Source: the human T2T-CHM13v2.0 reference genome, Homo sapiens. From it: DNA of 64,000 nucleotides. The position numbers and the translations under genes were made by a program. Shown here in pieces: positions 1 through 15,467 of this stretch. Under the pieces are notes generated by a model. The model saw nothing but the letters and a program-made list of their open reading frames with translations. It made no database searches and was not told the DNA's origin. Location of the stretch: assembly GCF_009914755.1 (NCBI RefSeq), contig NC_060931.1, one strand, 5' to 3'. Every line of letters starts with the position of its first letter. Positions within the stretch are counted from its first letter, which is position 1.

Positions 1-3000
1 CATAAGCAAACAATGCACACACATACCCTACTTATTTCTGCATCAGTTGATTCATGACATAATCAAAATATCTCTTTTTCAGTTTAAAAGTTTATCATAT
101 TTGAACTTTAGCCAAATTGTTTTCTTACTAGGAATAAATAAAAATAAAAATTTCGTATCTCGGAAAATCTAACTCTTCTCCATTAGATAGGGCCTCTGTA
201 ATATCTTTCATTGTCCTGTTTTTCTGCTGTACCTCAACCATTTACCACAAAAACGAGAATAATAAAGTTTAATTTTTCCAATAAATATTTTACAAACCTT
301 AAATTTTAATTGTTTTTGTGGTGAAAGCAGGTAAGGCCAAAGCTACCTTCTGAGTAAGTGACTAGCCTAATATCTCATGGATTATAATAGAACTCAGAGT
401 GAAATTATATCTGATAATCTCATGAAGTTAGGGGAAATAGCGCAATTAAGCTTTTATTTAGAATTTAGTAAACAGTTCTGTGGCTCTAAGGATTGTATTT
501 GCTGTTCCATCTTCATCTCCTTTCTGAGCATTCTGATATGTATATATTTAATGTCTTATATGCTTTTACTGCTATAATAAATGTTTAACTAGATATACAT
601 ATAAATAGCATTTGTGTACATTCTATTCTAAATCTCAACGTTGTTTGCCAAATATAGTTCTTTAGAGACAGTAGTAAATTTAAAAATGTTTATCTCCACA
701 ACTGATCTGAAAAGATATTCATGTAAGATAGCTTGGTCTATTGTATTTGACTCAGATCTACTTGAAGAAGTATAGATTTATTTGTTTTATATATGAAATC
801 TGCAGAGTGAAAATGATTTCAAATAATTATATTCATTTTCCCAAGCAATTTTGAGAAATTAAAATGAATATAGATTGTAAAAACACATGCCGAAGCTATT
901 TTTTGTCATATAATTTACCTGTGGCATAATGAAGATTTTAAAATAAAATCAATTATGAATAAGAATTTATTATTCGCCATCTAGCATATATTGAAGGCAC
1001 TAGGAAAGGATGTTTAACTATTGCAAAACAACCTGTGGCTTTTTAATTTAAATAGCCCACATATTTTTGCATTTCTACTAAAAGATGATAAGTATTATAA
1101 AATACCTTAATAGAAGGCTATGCAAAGGCAAGGATAATTGAGTTTTATGTATTGCATCAGAATTCCACCCTATTATCTGCAAATCAGAGTGTCTTATAAA
1201 TAAACTTTTCTAGGATGAAAGAAAGCAAAATGTGAGCCTCTATGTTATTTCTAAAACATGAGTATAGTTTATGAAAAGTGATCCATAAAGGACAGGAGTT
1301 TTAGAATGTGGGGACTTTGATCTGCAGGCTTGACATTTATTTGTGAGTAGCATGAGTAGGAGCTATTTACTGAGATTATGCAGATACTACCCCAGGTCTT
1401 AGGGCAGTGAATGGCATTCAAGAATCTAAGGAGTTACTAAAAGGAAAGAAAAATATGGATTCCCCTTATGGCAGGAGGTTACTGATGAGTGATATAGTTA
1501 CATTCACAGAGAAAGACTTCTATCCTGCTGAGCACAGAGCCTTTGAATATATCCTTACCACTGGGAGATTGAAAACTGACTGCAGAACTGATAACTGACT
1601 TTGAAAAGAAGTGGCATTTGGGAACATTAAGCACCCAGTGAGAAAATCTGATATTTTTAATACTTAAGGAGAAGTACTAAAAACCCATACTTTGTGTCCC
1701 ACTGTTGCCATGCGAACAGCTTAAGGTTTTTCCTCTGTGAAGAATAAATAACAAGCTGTTAATTTATTCTCATAGATTTTTTTCAATCCACAACACAATT
1801 TAAAAAGAAATCCTTCTCAGGATATATATGTTACAAGCCCTATTTAGATTTGTACAAATATGCAAGACATTTTCTGTGCCTTATTATGTGCTATATAATA
1901 ATAGTGAAAAATCCCTGGTCTTTTCTAGAGGTATTTTTTCTGTATTTGATCAGTATTTCATGTTTCTTCCTTTTATGTTGAAAATCTGATATTTATGAAG
2001 TGTCTGGCTGTTGATCTGTAAAACCAAACATTTTCAAGCATCGTAGCAATAAAGTTCTTGAACAGCCATTAATACTTTAGTATCTCTATAGAGGTTTCAA
2101 AATATTCCTTAATTCAATTCCAATTGTCTGTTTAAGAAAAATAAGATGTAATTAAATACAGATGCTTTCTATACTCTATCTAAAATACTTAGAGATGCCC
2201 TTCATTAATTACAAAATAGGTGGAACACTCAGCTTTTATAAATATAATCCATTTGGTGTATTCCCAATTCCATTATGAGAAAATTTAGACATATATTTGC
2301 ACTAAAAGAATAACACTGAAATGTTGTCAAATAATTTTTACTTCAATGTTTATTGTATTTCAGTGACTCAAAAGTATTTACAAACAAAGCGAACAATAAA
2401 ATTTTACCATAATAAAACATATGTGATGATTGGGGAAACTGTTTAAGATAGCTTGTGTAAAGCTACATCATACTAAATGAAATCTGGAAGAGTGTCATTG
2501 ATCATAGAGTGTAAACACCAGCCCAGCTACTGTAGAGTGACGCTTTGTTATTAGAGCCAGATTCTAAACCTCTCTTGTCTGCTTGGATTTCATTGAACTC
2601 AATCTTAGAGTTAAAAGAAGTTGTTAAATGAGTGTATCCTATCGTTTGATCTATGTATGATACTATTTTAGTTTCTTTTAAATCTACATCAGCAATATGT
2701 ATTAGCAAGCAAGATTTACGAGAGTAAAACTGGAATCAGAGTTAGAAAAGTCCTAATGATCTTACATTGATTGAGATAGCCCTAGGATGTCCCTTAAGCA
2801 GTGAGCACAATTTGAAACCTCTCTTGACCTTTTAGGACCTTCCCCAGACAGTGATAACCCGGGAACAGTTAACTACAGAAACCTCATTTGCCTGCAGAAA
2901 TCTGACCTTTGTCACGCAAAGTGGACCTTTACTTCCTTCCCCTTAGGAGAATGATAGTTGCTCCTAGAATTTGGGCATTTTAGAAACATGGAATTATATT

Positions 3001-4274
3001 AAAAGTTGGCTCTAATCATGCCCATTCCAATTCACTTTTCTTTAAAATGTAAGAATGGAGTGACTTCTCCTCCTTTCACAACAACATCAAAGGCTTTACA
3101 TAACTTATTTTGAAGTGGAAAATAACAATTGTTTTTAATTTTTATATGCATTGCCCACACTTAAAGTAGTACTTCCTTCTAGAATTATACATTGTAATTA
3201 ATTTTGTTCTATAACACAAGGATAGGTTGATAGGAAAATTTGGAATATTTTACTAAACTTATACTTTGGCTGAAAATAGTATCATTGCTGTAGTAGATGA
3301 CTTTATTGTTTTTATATAGTACACTGCTGAACTGATAATAAACTATGAAGTAGGGAAAGGAAGTTTTGGAAATAGTACATATTTCCTGGCACTTTGGAAA
3401 TGGTACATGTTTCTCACAGAGATTCTACATATGTGGTGATTTTGAACTGACCTTCAAAACCATTTGATTGGATTCTGTTCCAGTGAGTGTGTGCATATGT
3501 TTCATAAAATATTGTGATAAAATTTCTAGAAGTTTTACCCTCCATTATATTATTGAGGTTTTACCCAATGAACTTTGCCTTTCTTTGAATATTACAGTCT
3601 TTCCATTTAATACTTCTGAACAAAGTGAGTTAGCTGGCTAGATTAACCTCTTAAAGTGCACAAGCCATGTAAAGCTTGGCTTGGGCTGATAAGAGACTTT
3701 TCCAGCCCCACTGAAATATTTATTTTAATGGTCAGCAACACTAGAATAAGACTCAAAGATGGAAAGAGTCCAAACATAAGTGAAGGTTTTGGAAGGCCAG
3801 TATCATTTTCCACACTGAGTAAACTGGAACGAAGGCAGAGATTAGATATGTAGCTTTATAAATTGCCTTTTGGTATAGCAGTCAGCAGTTATGTTCTAGT
3901 ACCTTGATGACCTATTCAAGTCATTATAATAAAAAACACAATAATTATTTTTAATAGTTTAGAATATCTCTTCCTCTCTCTCTCCCTCTTTCTGTGTCTT
4001 TCAGAATACACTTGTGCATGTGTGAATTGCATACATGAACATTATACACATTTCTGCAAAGATATCATTAAAGATGGCTTAGGCTTATAACGATATTTGC
4101 TCAAAATCTTATTCAAGATTGACGAACACTGGAGCATTTTTATATAGCTTAGTACTCTATCTTGGTTACATTGTTTTGACTAAACTTGTCAAAGTTTATT
4201 TTTATTGAAATATACTTCTTTTAATGAATCTTATACTAGTTTTCTCAGAATTGAGAAGTAATATGGCCATTGTA

Positions 4275-4480
4275 ATTCAGGCTTTGAATCCACACATACC
4301 ACTTGGAAATTTGGGTCCTCAATCTTGAGCGATTAATTTAACCTCTCTAGGCCACGATTCCCTCATCTGTCAAATGAGGATAATAATTGCACTTGGTTTG
4401 CACAGTTATTTTTAGAATTCAATTAAATAATGCATGTAAAGCACTTAGGATCATACCTAGGATTTAAGGAGTGCTTACTC
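4275..4480 (+). mobile_element. MIR SINE relic
   Basis: Core TTTAACCTCTCT...CCTCATCTGTCAAATGAGGATAATAAT...ATAATGCATGTAAAGCACTTAG; boundaries approximate. Confidence 0.75.
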
Positions 4481-4751
4481 TTGACTGTATGCTTGTATAA
4501 GGAAATGTTATTTATTTCTATTATGCCAAAACTAAATCTCTTTTTGTTGTAGAAGGTCTTTTTAATGTCTTACATTCTTCTACCTTTATTAATAGAACAA
4601 CCAAACTAATAAAAAGGTGATCAATATTTTCTTTTTAAGCTATGGGCAACTCACAAGGCTACTGTCAAAATGAGGGTAAAGTTATTTGTTAATTTTGCAT
4701 ATTCTCTGGTATTTCAGAGCTCACTATGGTATCCAAAAGAAGCAGCAGGCT

Positions 4752-4870
4752 GCATGCCTATAGTCCTAGCGACTCAGGAGGCTGAGGAGGGAGGATTGCT
4801 TGGCCCAGGAATTTGAGTCCAACCTGGGTAACATAGGGAGACCCTGTCTCTTAACAAATAAAATAAAAAG
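4752..4870 (+). mobile_element. FLAM-type free left Alu monomer, 5'-truncated
   Basis: GCCTATAGTCCTAGC...GGAGGCTGAGG...GAGACCCTGTCTCT plus A-rich tail, with no right arm; AGCAGCAGGCT repeated at 4741-4751 and 4874-4884 (TSD). Confidence 0.8.
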
Positions 4871-6660
4871 CGGAGCAGCAGGCTTGTTTTTGTTGTTCAT
4901 CGTAGGAGGAAGTCTGATTGATGTTCTGTGCTCACTAGGGCCAGAGTTTTAATTTCTGCTGTTAACTTCATTTTTAAAGTAGCAGACTTTAATTTTAAGA
5001 AAAGTTTTATATTTACAGAAAAATCGAGCAGATATTGTTGAGTTCCCATATTGTTGCCTCCTCCTAACCCCTAGGTTTCTGCTTTTTAAATATCTTGCAT
5101 CAATGTGGTACATTTGTTGCAATTAAGGAACAACTATTGATACATTATTGTTAATGCAGTCCATAGTTTATATTAAGGTTTACTCTGTGTTGTAAGATTC
5201 TATGAGATTTAACAAATGTGTCATATCATGTCATATATCCACCATTACAGAATGATATAGAATGGTTTTACCACCCTAAAAATCTCCTGTGCCCCACCTA
5301 TTCATCCTCCCCCCACCCAACTTTTGGTAACCACTAATTTTTTTATTGTCTCTATAGTTTTGCCTTCTGCAGAATGTCATAGGGCTACGATATGTGGCCT
5401 TTTCAAACTGGCTTCTTGTATTTGGCAGTATGCATTTAAGATTCTTCCATGTATTTTGGTAGATTGAAGCTTTTTTGGTTACTGAATAATATTCCATTGT
5501 ATGGCTGAACCACTGTTTATCCATTTACCTTTTGAAGGACATTTTTGTTGCTTCCAAATTTTGGTGATTATGAATAAGCTGCTATAAGCATTCATATGCA
5601 GTCTTTGTGTGGACATGTTTTCAGCTCAATTGGGTAAATACCTAGGAGTACATTAACTGGATCATGTGGTAAGACTTGTTTGTTAAAAAAAGAACAACAA
5701 ACAACAAAAAACTGTCAAACTGTCTTCCAAAGTGGCTGTACTATTTTGCATGACCACTAGCAATATAACAGAGTTCCTGTTGCTCCACATACTTGTTAGC
5801 ACTTTGTATTTTAAGTTTTTTTTTTTTTAATTTTAGCCATTCTAATACGTATGTAGTGGTTTCTCATTGTGGTTTTAATTTGTAATTCCCTAATGACAAG
5901 TGGTGCCAAGCATCTTTTCATATGTCATTTGCTATCTCTGTATCATCTTTGGTGGTGTCTTTTTAGATATTTTACATTTTTTAAATTGGTTTTTTTCTCA
6001 TTGTTGAGATTTAATAATTATTTGTGTATTTTGGGTACAAATTCTTTATTTGCTGTTTGTCTTACAAATATTTTTCCTCAATCAGTGGTTTATCTTTTAA
6101 TTCTTGTATCATTGTCTTTCACAGAACAGAAGATTCTAATTTTATTAAACATCAATATTTCCTTTCATCGATCATGCTTTTAGTTTTATATCCAAAAATT
6201 TTTTGCCAAACCCAGCGTTAACTAGATTTTCTCCTGTTTTCTTCTAGAAGTTTTACAATATTTCATTTAGATCTATAATTCGTTTTGAGAAACTTTCAAT
6301 GAAAAGATAAGGTCCTTGTCTAGATTCATTGTTTTCCATATCGGTGTCCAATTTTGCTGGCAACATTTGTTGAAGAGACTATCATCCTTTCTCCAAAGAA
6401 TTGCCTTAGCTCCTTTGTCAAAGATATATTTGTGTGGGTTTATTTCTGGGCTCTCTATTCTACTTCACTGATCTACTTGTCTGTTCTTTTGCCGATACCA
6501 CACTGTCTTGATTACTGTAACTTCATAGTAATTCTTAAAGTTGGGTACTGTCAGTCCTCTTAACTCTTCTTCCATATTGTGTTGGCTATCCTGAGTCTTT
6601 TGCCTCTGGGTATAAAGTTTAGAATCTGTTTGTCAATAACCACCAAATAACTTACTGGAA

Positions 6661-6857
6661 TTTTGTTTTGTTTTGTTTTGTTTTGAGACAGGGTCTCACT
6701 CTGTCTCCCAGGCTGCAGTGCAGTGGTGCAATCTCCTGGGCTCAAGTGATCTTCCCGCCTCAGCCTCCTGAGTAGCTTGGCAGCATAGGCACACACCAAC
6801 ATGCCTGGCTAATTTTTGTATTTTTCGTAGAGATGGAGTTTTGCTATGTTGACCAAG
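6661..6857 (-). mobile_element. AluJ-like, 5'-truncated, with internal deletion and (GTTTT)n tail
   Basis: GAGACAGGGTCTCACTCTGT...GGGCTCAAGTGATC; TSD ACTTACTGG(A/G)A at 6650-6660 and 6860-6870. Confidence 0.88.
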
Positions 6858-9800
6858 TTACTTACTGGGACTTTAACTGGGATTATGCTGAATCTAAAGG
6901 TCAAGTTGAGAATAGCCATCTGAACAATACTGAGTTTTTCTATCCATGAATACGAATAATTCTTCCATTTAGATTTTCTTTGATTTCTTTCATCAAAGTT
7001 TTCTAGTTTTTCTCATTTACATCCTCTACATAATTTGTTTGATTTATACTTTCCTAATTTTTTTGGTATTGATGTAAATGTTACTGTGTTTTAAATTTCA
7101 AATTCAAATGGTTCATTGCTGGCATATAGGAAAGCAGTTGACTTTTGTATATTAACTTTCTATCTTGCCAATTGGTATAACAGCTTATTCATTGCCAGAG
7201 TTGTTTGTTGTCATTGGTTCTTTGGGATTTTCTGCATAGACGATGTGATTTGTGGACAAAAACGTTACTTTATTTCTTCATTCCCAATCTGTATGCCTTT
7301 TTTTTTTCTTTTTCATGTCTTATTGCACTAGCTAGGACATTCAGAATGATGTTGAGATGTCGAGCAGGAGAAGTAAAAGGGGACATCCTCACCTTGTTCC
7401 CAATGTCAGGGGAAAGCATTTTGTTTCTCACCATCAAGTGTGATATTAGCTGTAGATTTTGTGTTTGTGTTGTCAAATTCAGGAGTTCCCTCTATTCCTA
7501 ATTTTCTGAGAGTCCTCACAAATTAATGTTGGGTTTTGTCAAGTCTCTTTTCTGTATCAACTGATATAATCGTACGATTTTTTAAAAAGCCATTTGATGT
7601 GATGGTTTACATTAGCCAATTTTCAAATAGTGAACCAACCTCATATACCAGGAAATCCTACTTGCTTGTGTTATACAACACTTTTTGTACATCATTGGAT
7701 TTGATTTGCTAGTATTTTGTGGAAGATTTTAAAATCTATATTCAGGAGAGATAATTGATCAATGGCTATCTATTCCTATAATGTCTGTATCTGATTTTGG
7801 CAGTATGGTAATGCTGTCCTCATAGAAAGAGTTAGGAAGTAGTCCTCCTATTTTCTGGAAGAGATTAGAGTATTGATACCATTTACACTTTAAGTATTTG
7901 GTAAAATTTACTAGTGAAACCATTTGGACCTGGTGCTTTCCTTTTTGGAAGGTTATTAATTATTGATTCATTTTCTTTCATTAGATATAGGCCTATTTAA
8001 ATTATGTTTTTCTCCACTTGTGAGTTTTAGTAATTTGTGTTTTTCAAATAATTCATGTGAGTTTTCAAACTTGTCAGTATAGAGTTATTCATAATATTGC
8101 TTTATTATCCTTCTAACATCCACAGCATCAATAGTTATGACCCCTCTTTCATTTCTAATATTAGTTATTAGTTTCTTCTCTCTTACTTTTTTTTTCCTGA
8201 CAGCCTGACTGTAGTTTCATCAGTTGATCTTTCAAAGGACCAGTTTTTTGTTTTGTTGAGTTTTCTCTCTTGATTTCCTGGTTATAATTGTCTTGAATTT
8301 CCCATTAATTTTTACTTTTTTTTTTCTGCCTACTTTAAGCTTAGATTGTTATTTTTCCTCTATTTTTTTTAAAGTGGAAGCTCAGATTATTCAATTTTTA
8401 TCTTTTCTTCTAATATATACACAATGCTATAAATTTGCCTCTAGGCACTGCTTTTACAGCATCCCACAGATTTTGATAAGTTGTATTTTCATTTTCATTT
8501 AGTTGAAAATATTTTGAAATTTATCCTGAGAGTTTTTTTAAGTCATGTTTTATTTAGAGTCATGTTATTTAATTTCTAATTACTTGAGTATTTGCTAGCT
8601 GTCTTTCTGTTATTTATTTTAATCTTTCTGTTATTGATTTCTATTGTGGGCTGAGAAAATACTGTGTACACATTCTGTTCCTTTAGATTTGTTGAGGTAC
8701 ATCTTATGCCTCAGAATGTATTCTGTTTTGGTCAGTAGTACTAAAGTCTCCAACCGTAATAGGTTTGTCTATTTGTCCTTCCAGTTCTAACAGGTTTTGC
8801 CTCATGTATTTTGATGTGACATTATTAGGAGCATACATATTAAGGATTGTTATATCTTCTTGGAGAACTGTGACTATTTTATCAATATGTAACAAACACC
8901 ACTTTTATCTTCGATAATCTTCTTGGCTTTGAAATCTGCTCTGTCTGAAATTAATATAGCTCTTCCAACATCCTTCTGTTTAGTGTGAACATGTTATATC
9001 TTTCTCCATTGCTTTACTTTTGATCTGTGTCTTATATTTAAAGTGGGTTTCTTTTAGGTAATATGTAGTTAGAACGTCTTGTTTTTTAAATTTACTGACA
9101 GCCTCTCTTCGTGTATTGAGACAATTCACATTTAAAATGATCATTAATATAATTAGATTAATATCTAGAATGTTTGTAACTGTTTTCTTCATTATATTTA
9201 CTTTTTTAAAAAAATATTCACTTCTCTCTGACTCCTCTGCTATTCAGAACTTTATATAATTCAGTGCTCTCTACTCTCTTAACATATCAATTTTACCTCT
9301 TTTAAAAATATGTTTCAGTGGTTTCTCTAGAGTTTGATGAATCCATTTATAGTGAATCCATGTCCACTTTCAAATAACAGTATACCACTTTACAGGTCAT
9401 ACAGGTACCTTATAAAAGTGTATTTCTAATCTCTCCCTTTTATTCTTTATATTGCTGTCATTTATTTCTGTTTTCCAAAAGCTACAATTATCCAGTATTT
9501 TGTTCCTATTATTATTGTGCACAGTTAACTATTAGATCAATTGATAATAAAAATAAAAGATTTTCTTTTACCTTCATATGCTCCTTCCTTTATATAGGTC
9601 TGAGTTTCTGACCTATATCCTTTTCCTTCTCACTGAAAAACTTTTAACATTTCTTGTATGGCAGGCCTACAGGCAATAAATGTCCTTAGTTTTTGTTTGT
9701 CCAAGAAAGTGCTTTATTTCTCCTTCTTGTTTGGGATAATTTGTGTTCTTTTTAAAATTTTTTTGGCAACATTTTGTACTATACTTTCTTTTTTATTCTA

Positions 9801-10186
9801 CAGCTTATGACAGGACATCTGATCTAAATCTTATCCTTGTTGCTCTATAGATAAAGTTTTTCTTTTTTTCTATGGTTTCTTTGAAGATCTCTTTATCTTT
9901 TATCTTCTGCAATTTGAACATGATATGTCTCGATACTGAGTTTTTGGTATTTATATTGTTTCATATTCTCTGAGATTCCTGTATCTATGGATTGGTGTCT
10001 GTCATTAATTTTGGATAATTCCCAGCCATTATTATGTCAAATATTTATTCTTTCTCTCTTTCTTGTTATTTTGCTATTCCCATTAGGAATATGTTATACC
10101 TTTTGCAATTTTCTTAGAGTATTGGGGAATTCTGTTCCATTTAAAAAAATTGTTTTTTGCCTTTCTTTTTAGGGAGTTTCTATTGA

Positions 10187-10539
<353 letters not shown>

Positions 10540-11491
10540 ATAAGACCTTTTTTAAATTTCTACTGCTGTGCTTTTGATCTCCAGCATTCCCTTTTCAGTC
10601 TTTCCTAGAGTTTCCATTTCTCTGTTTATATTATCCATCTGTTGTTGCATGTTGCCAACTTTCCATTAGAACCCTTAACATACTACTTTTAGTTCCTTTA
10701 AGTTCCCTTTCTGTTAATTCCAAAATTTGTGTCATAACTGAGTCTGGTCTGATGTTTGCTTTGTCTCTTCTGATTGTTTTTCTTGCCTTTTAGGATGCTT
10801 TATAATTTTTTGTTAAAAGCTTGACATGATATATTGGACAATAGAAATTGAGTAATTATACTTTTGATGTGAGGTTTTATGTTAATCTGGCTGGGGCTGG
10901 GCTTTGTTTAATATCTGTTGTAGTGGTAAATGTCAGAGTCTTCAGTTTTCTCTAGTTTCCTTTGATTTTTTTCCTTCTCCTGTTGCTTTGGGGTTTCCCT
11001 AAGAGCTCCTTCTTAAATAGAATTTGTGTCCTGTAGCTCCCTCAGTTTTAATTCACTGTTATAATACAGAACCTGGTTGATGTGATGGTAAGGCGTTGGA
11101 CAGGAGAAATGTTCTATAACCTTACAACTAAATTTCATTTTTTTAAGTGGGCCTGACTTTGTATGCTGTGATCCCTTGAACTACTTCTTAGCCTGTTTCC
11201 TCCCCTTAAGTAAGATAGGAAGCTGAGATTTACTAATTGCCTTCTCCCTTAGGTCAGATAAGGCTCTGTAAAATATTTTCCCTTGGAGAGTAGGCTGTTG
11301 TTATGAAGAATCCTTCGTGTGTATTTCAAAATTGTTACTTTTTCATTAGACAAGTATTACAAAATGGTTACTTTTCTTCCCTCTCCCACGCCTACTCCCT
11401 ACCTTCACTTAAACAGAAAGGGATTTTTTTCTCATATATTCACTGAGAGAAACTGGTTGGGTTCCTGGAAGTAAAACCCATGAAAATGTAG

Positions 11492-11822
<331 letters not shown>

Positions 11823-14800
11823 GCCCCTGGAGTTTTTAACTCTCAAGGTGGTTCACATTCAGCCTCCAGCAATTCATGCCTCCAACACCTCATTAAAATT
11901 ACCTCATTTAAATATTTCTTCGTTACTGACTCCATTGGCTTCTGCTCACTGTAAGCTGAACTCAGCTGTGATTTTCTGTATTTTCCTATTTCTCCAGATT
12001 TTAGCATGGCAGTTTGCCCTGCAACCTTAATTCTCTGATAGATCTACGAAAATAATTTTAATTTTTACTTTGTTCAGCTTTTTACTTGTGGTGAGGTTGG
12101 GAGTGAAAATTTCCCAGTTCTTCACATGTGGAAATGAAACCAGAAGACTACCACTTACTTTTAAATCTGTAAAACATTAAAAATACTTTTTAAAACTCAA
12201 CTTTTTCATTTTTTGAGGTGACAAATTCATATTTGAGCAATATTATTCTTACAAATTAATGATTATATTTATTTTAAAGATTAACATCAGTGTCCAGCTT
12301 GCTCATGATTAACAAGTTCATATGCTAAAAACTGAGAGAGAGAAAATAGGTTGAAATTATTTTAAGTCACATTTTGTAAGCAAGACTTGGGAATTGTAAG
12401 GACTTTTTGTCGATTTTTGTCTTACTGTTTTCATAACATTAAACCATTTAGCAAGGTATGAAAATCAAACCAATTTTTGACCTGTATCAAATTAGAAAAT
12501 TTTAGCTTCTTTTCAAAATAAGACTCACTTTTAAAGTAATATTTTTTTCTAGATAATAATTTACTTTTTAAGCATTCATTTTGATAGATGTAATCATTTA
12601 GATTATGAAAAGTTGGCAATTTCAAAAGAACATATTTAGTTGATTTTAAGATGCTCATTTTTTAAACTAACATATCTGAAATCTGAATTGCTCTCATGGA
12701 TGTTTATAGTTTAGTAGTGCTTTCTGGTGGCAGGGAGTTAGTGGTATACAAGGTACTTGTAAATGTTGTAATTGATTAATTACCATAGTATTTACCCAAC
12801 AATTAAATGGTCCAGAATACTAAGATTCCTCATGATAAAGAAATAATACAAATGTATAATTTATACATTTTTTACTTTAAAATAACAAACATAGTAGAAA
12901 TTAATAATCCTAAAAATTTTTTATGAAAAAGTTAAGTATGTTAGTTTCAAATCAATGAACAAAATGATTTAAATTTCACAGTTCAGTAAGTGAGAAGCTG
13001 GTTTCATTGATTGCATATGCAATTTGTATGACAAGTAGTTGGAGCTAAGAGCAAGTATCAAATGACAATTGTGTGATAATGAGTCAGCCTTGTAAGAACT
13101 TCGAAAATCTAACTCAAATATTTTGCTTGCAGAAAAGCTAAGGTAGCCTAGAAAGACAAAGCATGGAAAATAATTTCATGGCTTGGCATTAGATGAACAA
13201 AGCTGAGAATTCTAGCTTGGCACTTTTGATGAGAGCTGTGTGACCTGCACATAGTGCAGGATTTCTCTGAGCCTCAGTTTCTTCAAATAGCAAATATGGA
13301 AAATATTTGCCTTCCAGTGTTATTGTAAGCAAAAATATACTGCCCAGTACAGTGTGTGACATGGGTCTCAGTACATATTGCCAGTATGAATTATTAAGAA
13401 TAATAGTATGGCATTAGTGACAGGAAATATTAGTAGTAGCCATATAATGTAATTATTGAAGAACTAGAATGGCAAAAGGAGACTTAAGTTTTAATCTTAA
13501 CCTTGTCACTAATACATGACTATGAGCATAGTGCTTCATGATTTTAGATTTCTGTTTTTTCAGTTAAGTGCAAATGGACCAAATGATTCCTAAGATTGTA
13601 TATGAAACTAAGAAGGAAATATATAATTGCATTTCATAAAGAGGTGTGATAAAAATATATTAATGATTTGAAGAATATATAAGAAATAAATGACCATGCT
13701 TTTGCACAGTGGTATCTCAAATTAATCATAACTGGTAAGTGCAGAAAAGTCTAATGACATATTTTTCACTCCTCATGAAATGCTCATTTAGAACAGGCAG
13801 GACATTTTAGATAAGATTGGAATGAGAAAATGGCAAAAAATAATAATTAAGACTTTAAAAGCATTTAGCCATCTGTTGTATAATCATGAGATTTATTGAA
13901 AAATGATTCCTAATTTATAGTATTCACAACTATAGAACTGAGAACACTGAGGAAATATTCCATGCAAATGCATGCATTTATATGTCTTTAGACTTACCTA
14001 ATGAAGTAAATTAAGAGATAGAAAATAAATGATGAAATATTTGGGATTGTATTTTCCTTAAATTTTCAGCCTCTAACTCAGTTACTTTAAAATGGAAGTG
14101 TTCTTTGTGGCAAAGAAATTGGAGAGAGGAGTGGGAGGGGAGGGGGACTGGCTTAAGAACCATGTTATTATTAAAAGCAGCACATAATAACAGTTTGACG
14201 TGACATGTAAGATTTTTTATCAAGTGACTTTATTTTGCTTTATGTGTATCAGCCTCCTGTTTTATAGATTTATTTGCTTTTTAGCCTCTTATTTGCATTT
14301 TTATTTCAATATTCACAGTGATTCCTCCATTATTTCCCACTTATTCATATACAAGATAAATTCTAAAGTTATTTTTCATAGAACCTTCATTCTAACACTT
14401 CCCTTATCTGTATTCTCATATCATTGTAATTTTTGCTATAAAAGCTGGTAATTTTGTCAATTATGAGATATTAAATTTTATAATGTTGTTTTTATCCTGT
14501 TCATCCCAATTAGATGATAAAAATATCTGAGAATATAATGCTTGTAACATCTTCCTCCTTTATTTGACAAACCACACTTTGTGCTGGGCCTGGACATAAA
14601 TATTAAATAAACCAGTATAAGTAAAAAAGGATTTCTGACATTAAGGAGCTCACAGTCTTCATAGTGAGGCACATGTAATAGGTTCCTAATAGATTGATTG
14701 ATACTTTAATTCAGCAGTTGAACAGTTGAACCACCGTACTTCTTGAGGAACTACTGTTTCATATTTTCAGATTATAGGCATTCTTGAGTGAAAGCAAAGA

Positions 14801-15023
14801 TCCAAGCCACCCGAGGAATATAGCTGGGAAAAGACATTAAGATGTTATTATTATTATTTTTTTGGTTGTAAGCCTTCAGTATCTTTATTTCAAAATGCAT
14901 ATTTTAATGTCATTATATATATTTTGAAGTAGGTAATACAGAGGTAATTAAGAGAAATTCTTGGAGAGAATGCATTAGCCTATTGTAGCTGTACATATGT
15001 GGTTCTTTGAAAATAGTATGGAC

Positions 15024-15264
15024 CAGCACTGCCAAATATAATTTGATGGAAGAGTTCTATATTGGCATGGTTCAATTCAGTAGGCACTAGCTGCATGTTG
15101 CCACTTGAAATTGAACACTTGAAATGTGGCTAGTATGACTTAGGAGCTAAATTTTTGTTAACTAATGTATTAGTTAGCTCATAACTAATTTTGTTAACTA
15201 ATTCATTTGAATCTAAGTTTAAAAAGCCACCTGTGTCTAGTGATTATCATGTAGGACAGCACAA
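15024..15264 (+). mobile_element. MER3-like hAT-Charlie non-autonomous DNA transposon
   Basis: CAGCACTGCCAAATA...CACTTGAAATGTGGCTAGT...AGCCACCTGTGTCTAGTG...GGACAGCAC. Confidence 0.75.
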
Positions 15265-15467
15265 GTATACACCAAGGCAGGCACATGTGTGGCATAAGCA
15301 TCATGGTGAAACCGTTTCGGTGTCCAAGACAGAGTTCACTAATCAGTCACAGCAAACTCTTCCCTCTGAGTTTGAACACAAGTCTTAGTAAAAGCATTCT
15401 AAGTCACATCACCTAAAGAAGATACAGTGTCTAAACAGAATTATATTTTCAGAACTCGTTAATTTTT

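Noticed and set aside
14121-14151. G-quadruplex candidate GGGAGGGGAGGGG
   Set aside because: Only three runs of three or more G; the fourth is weak.
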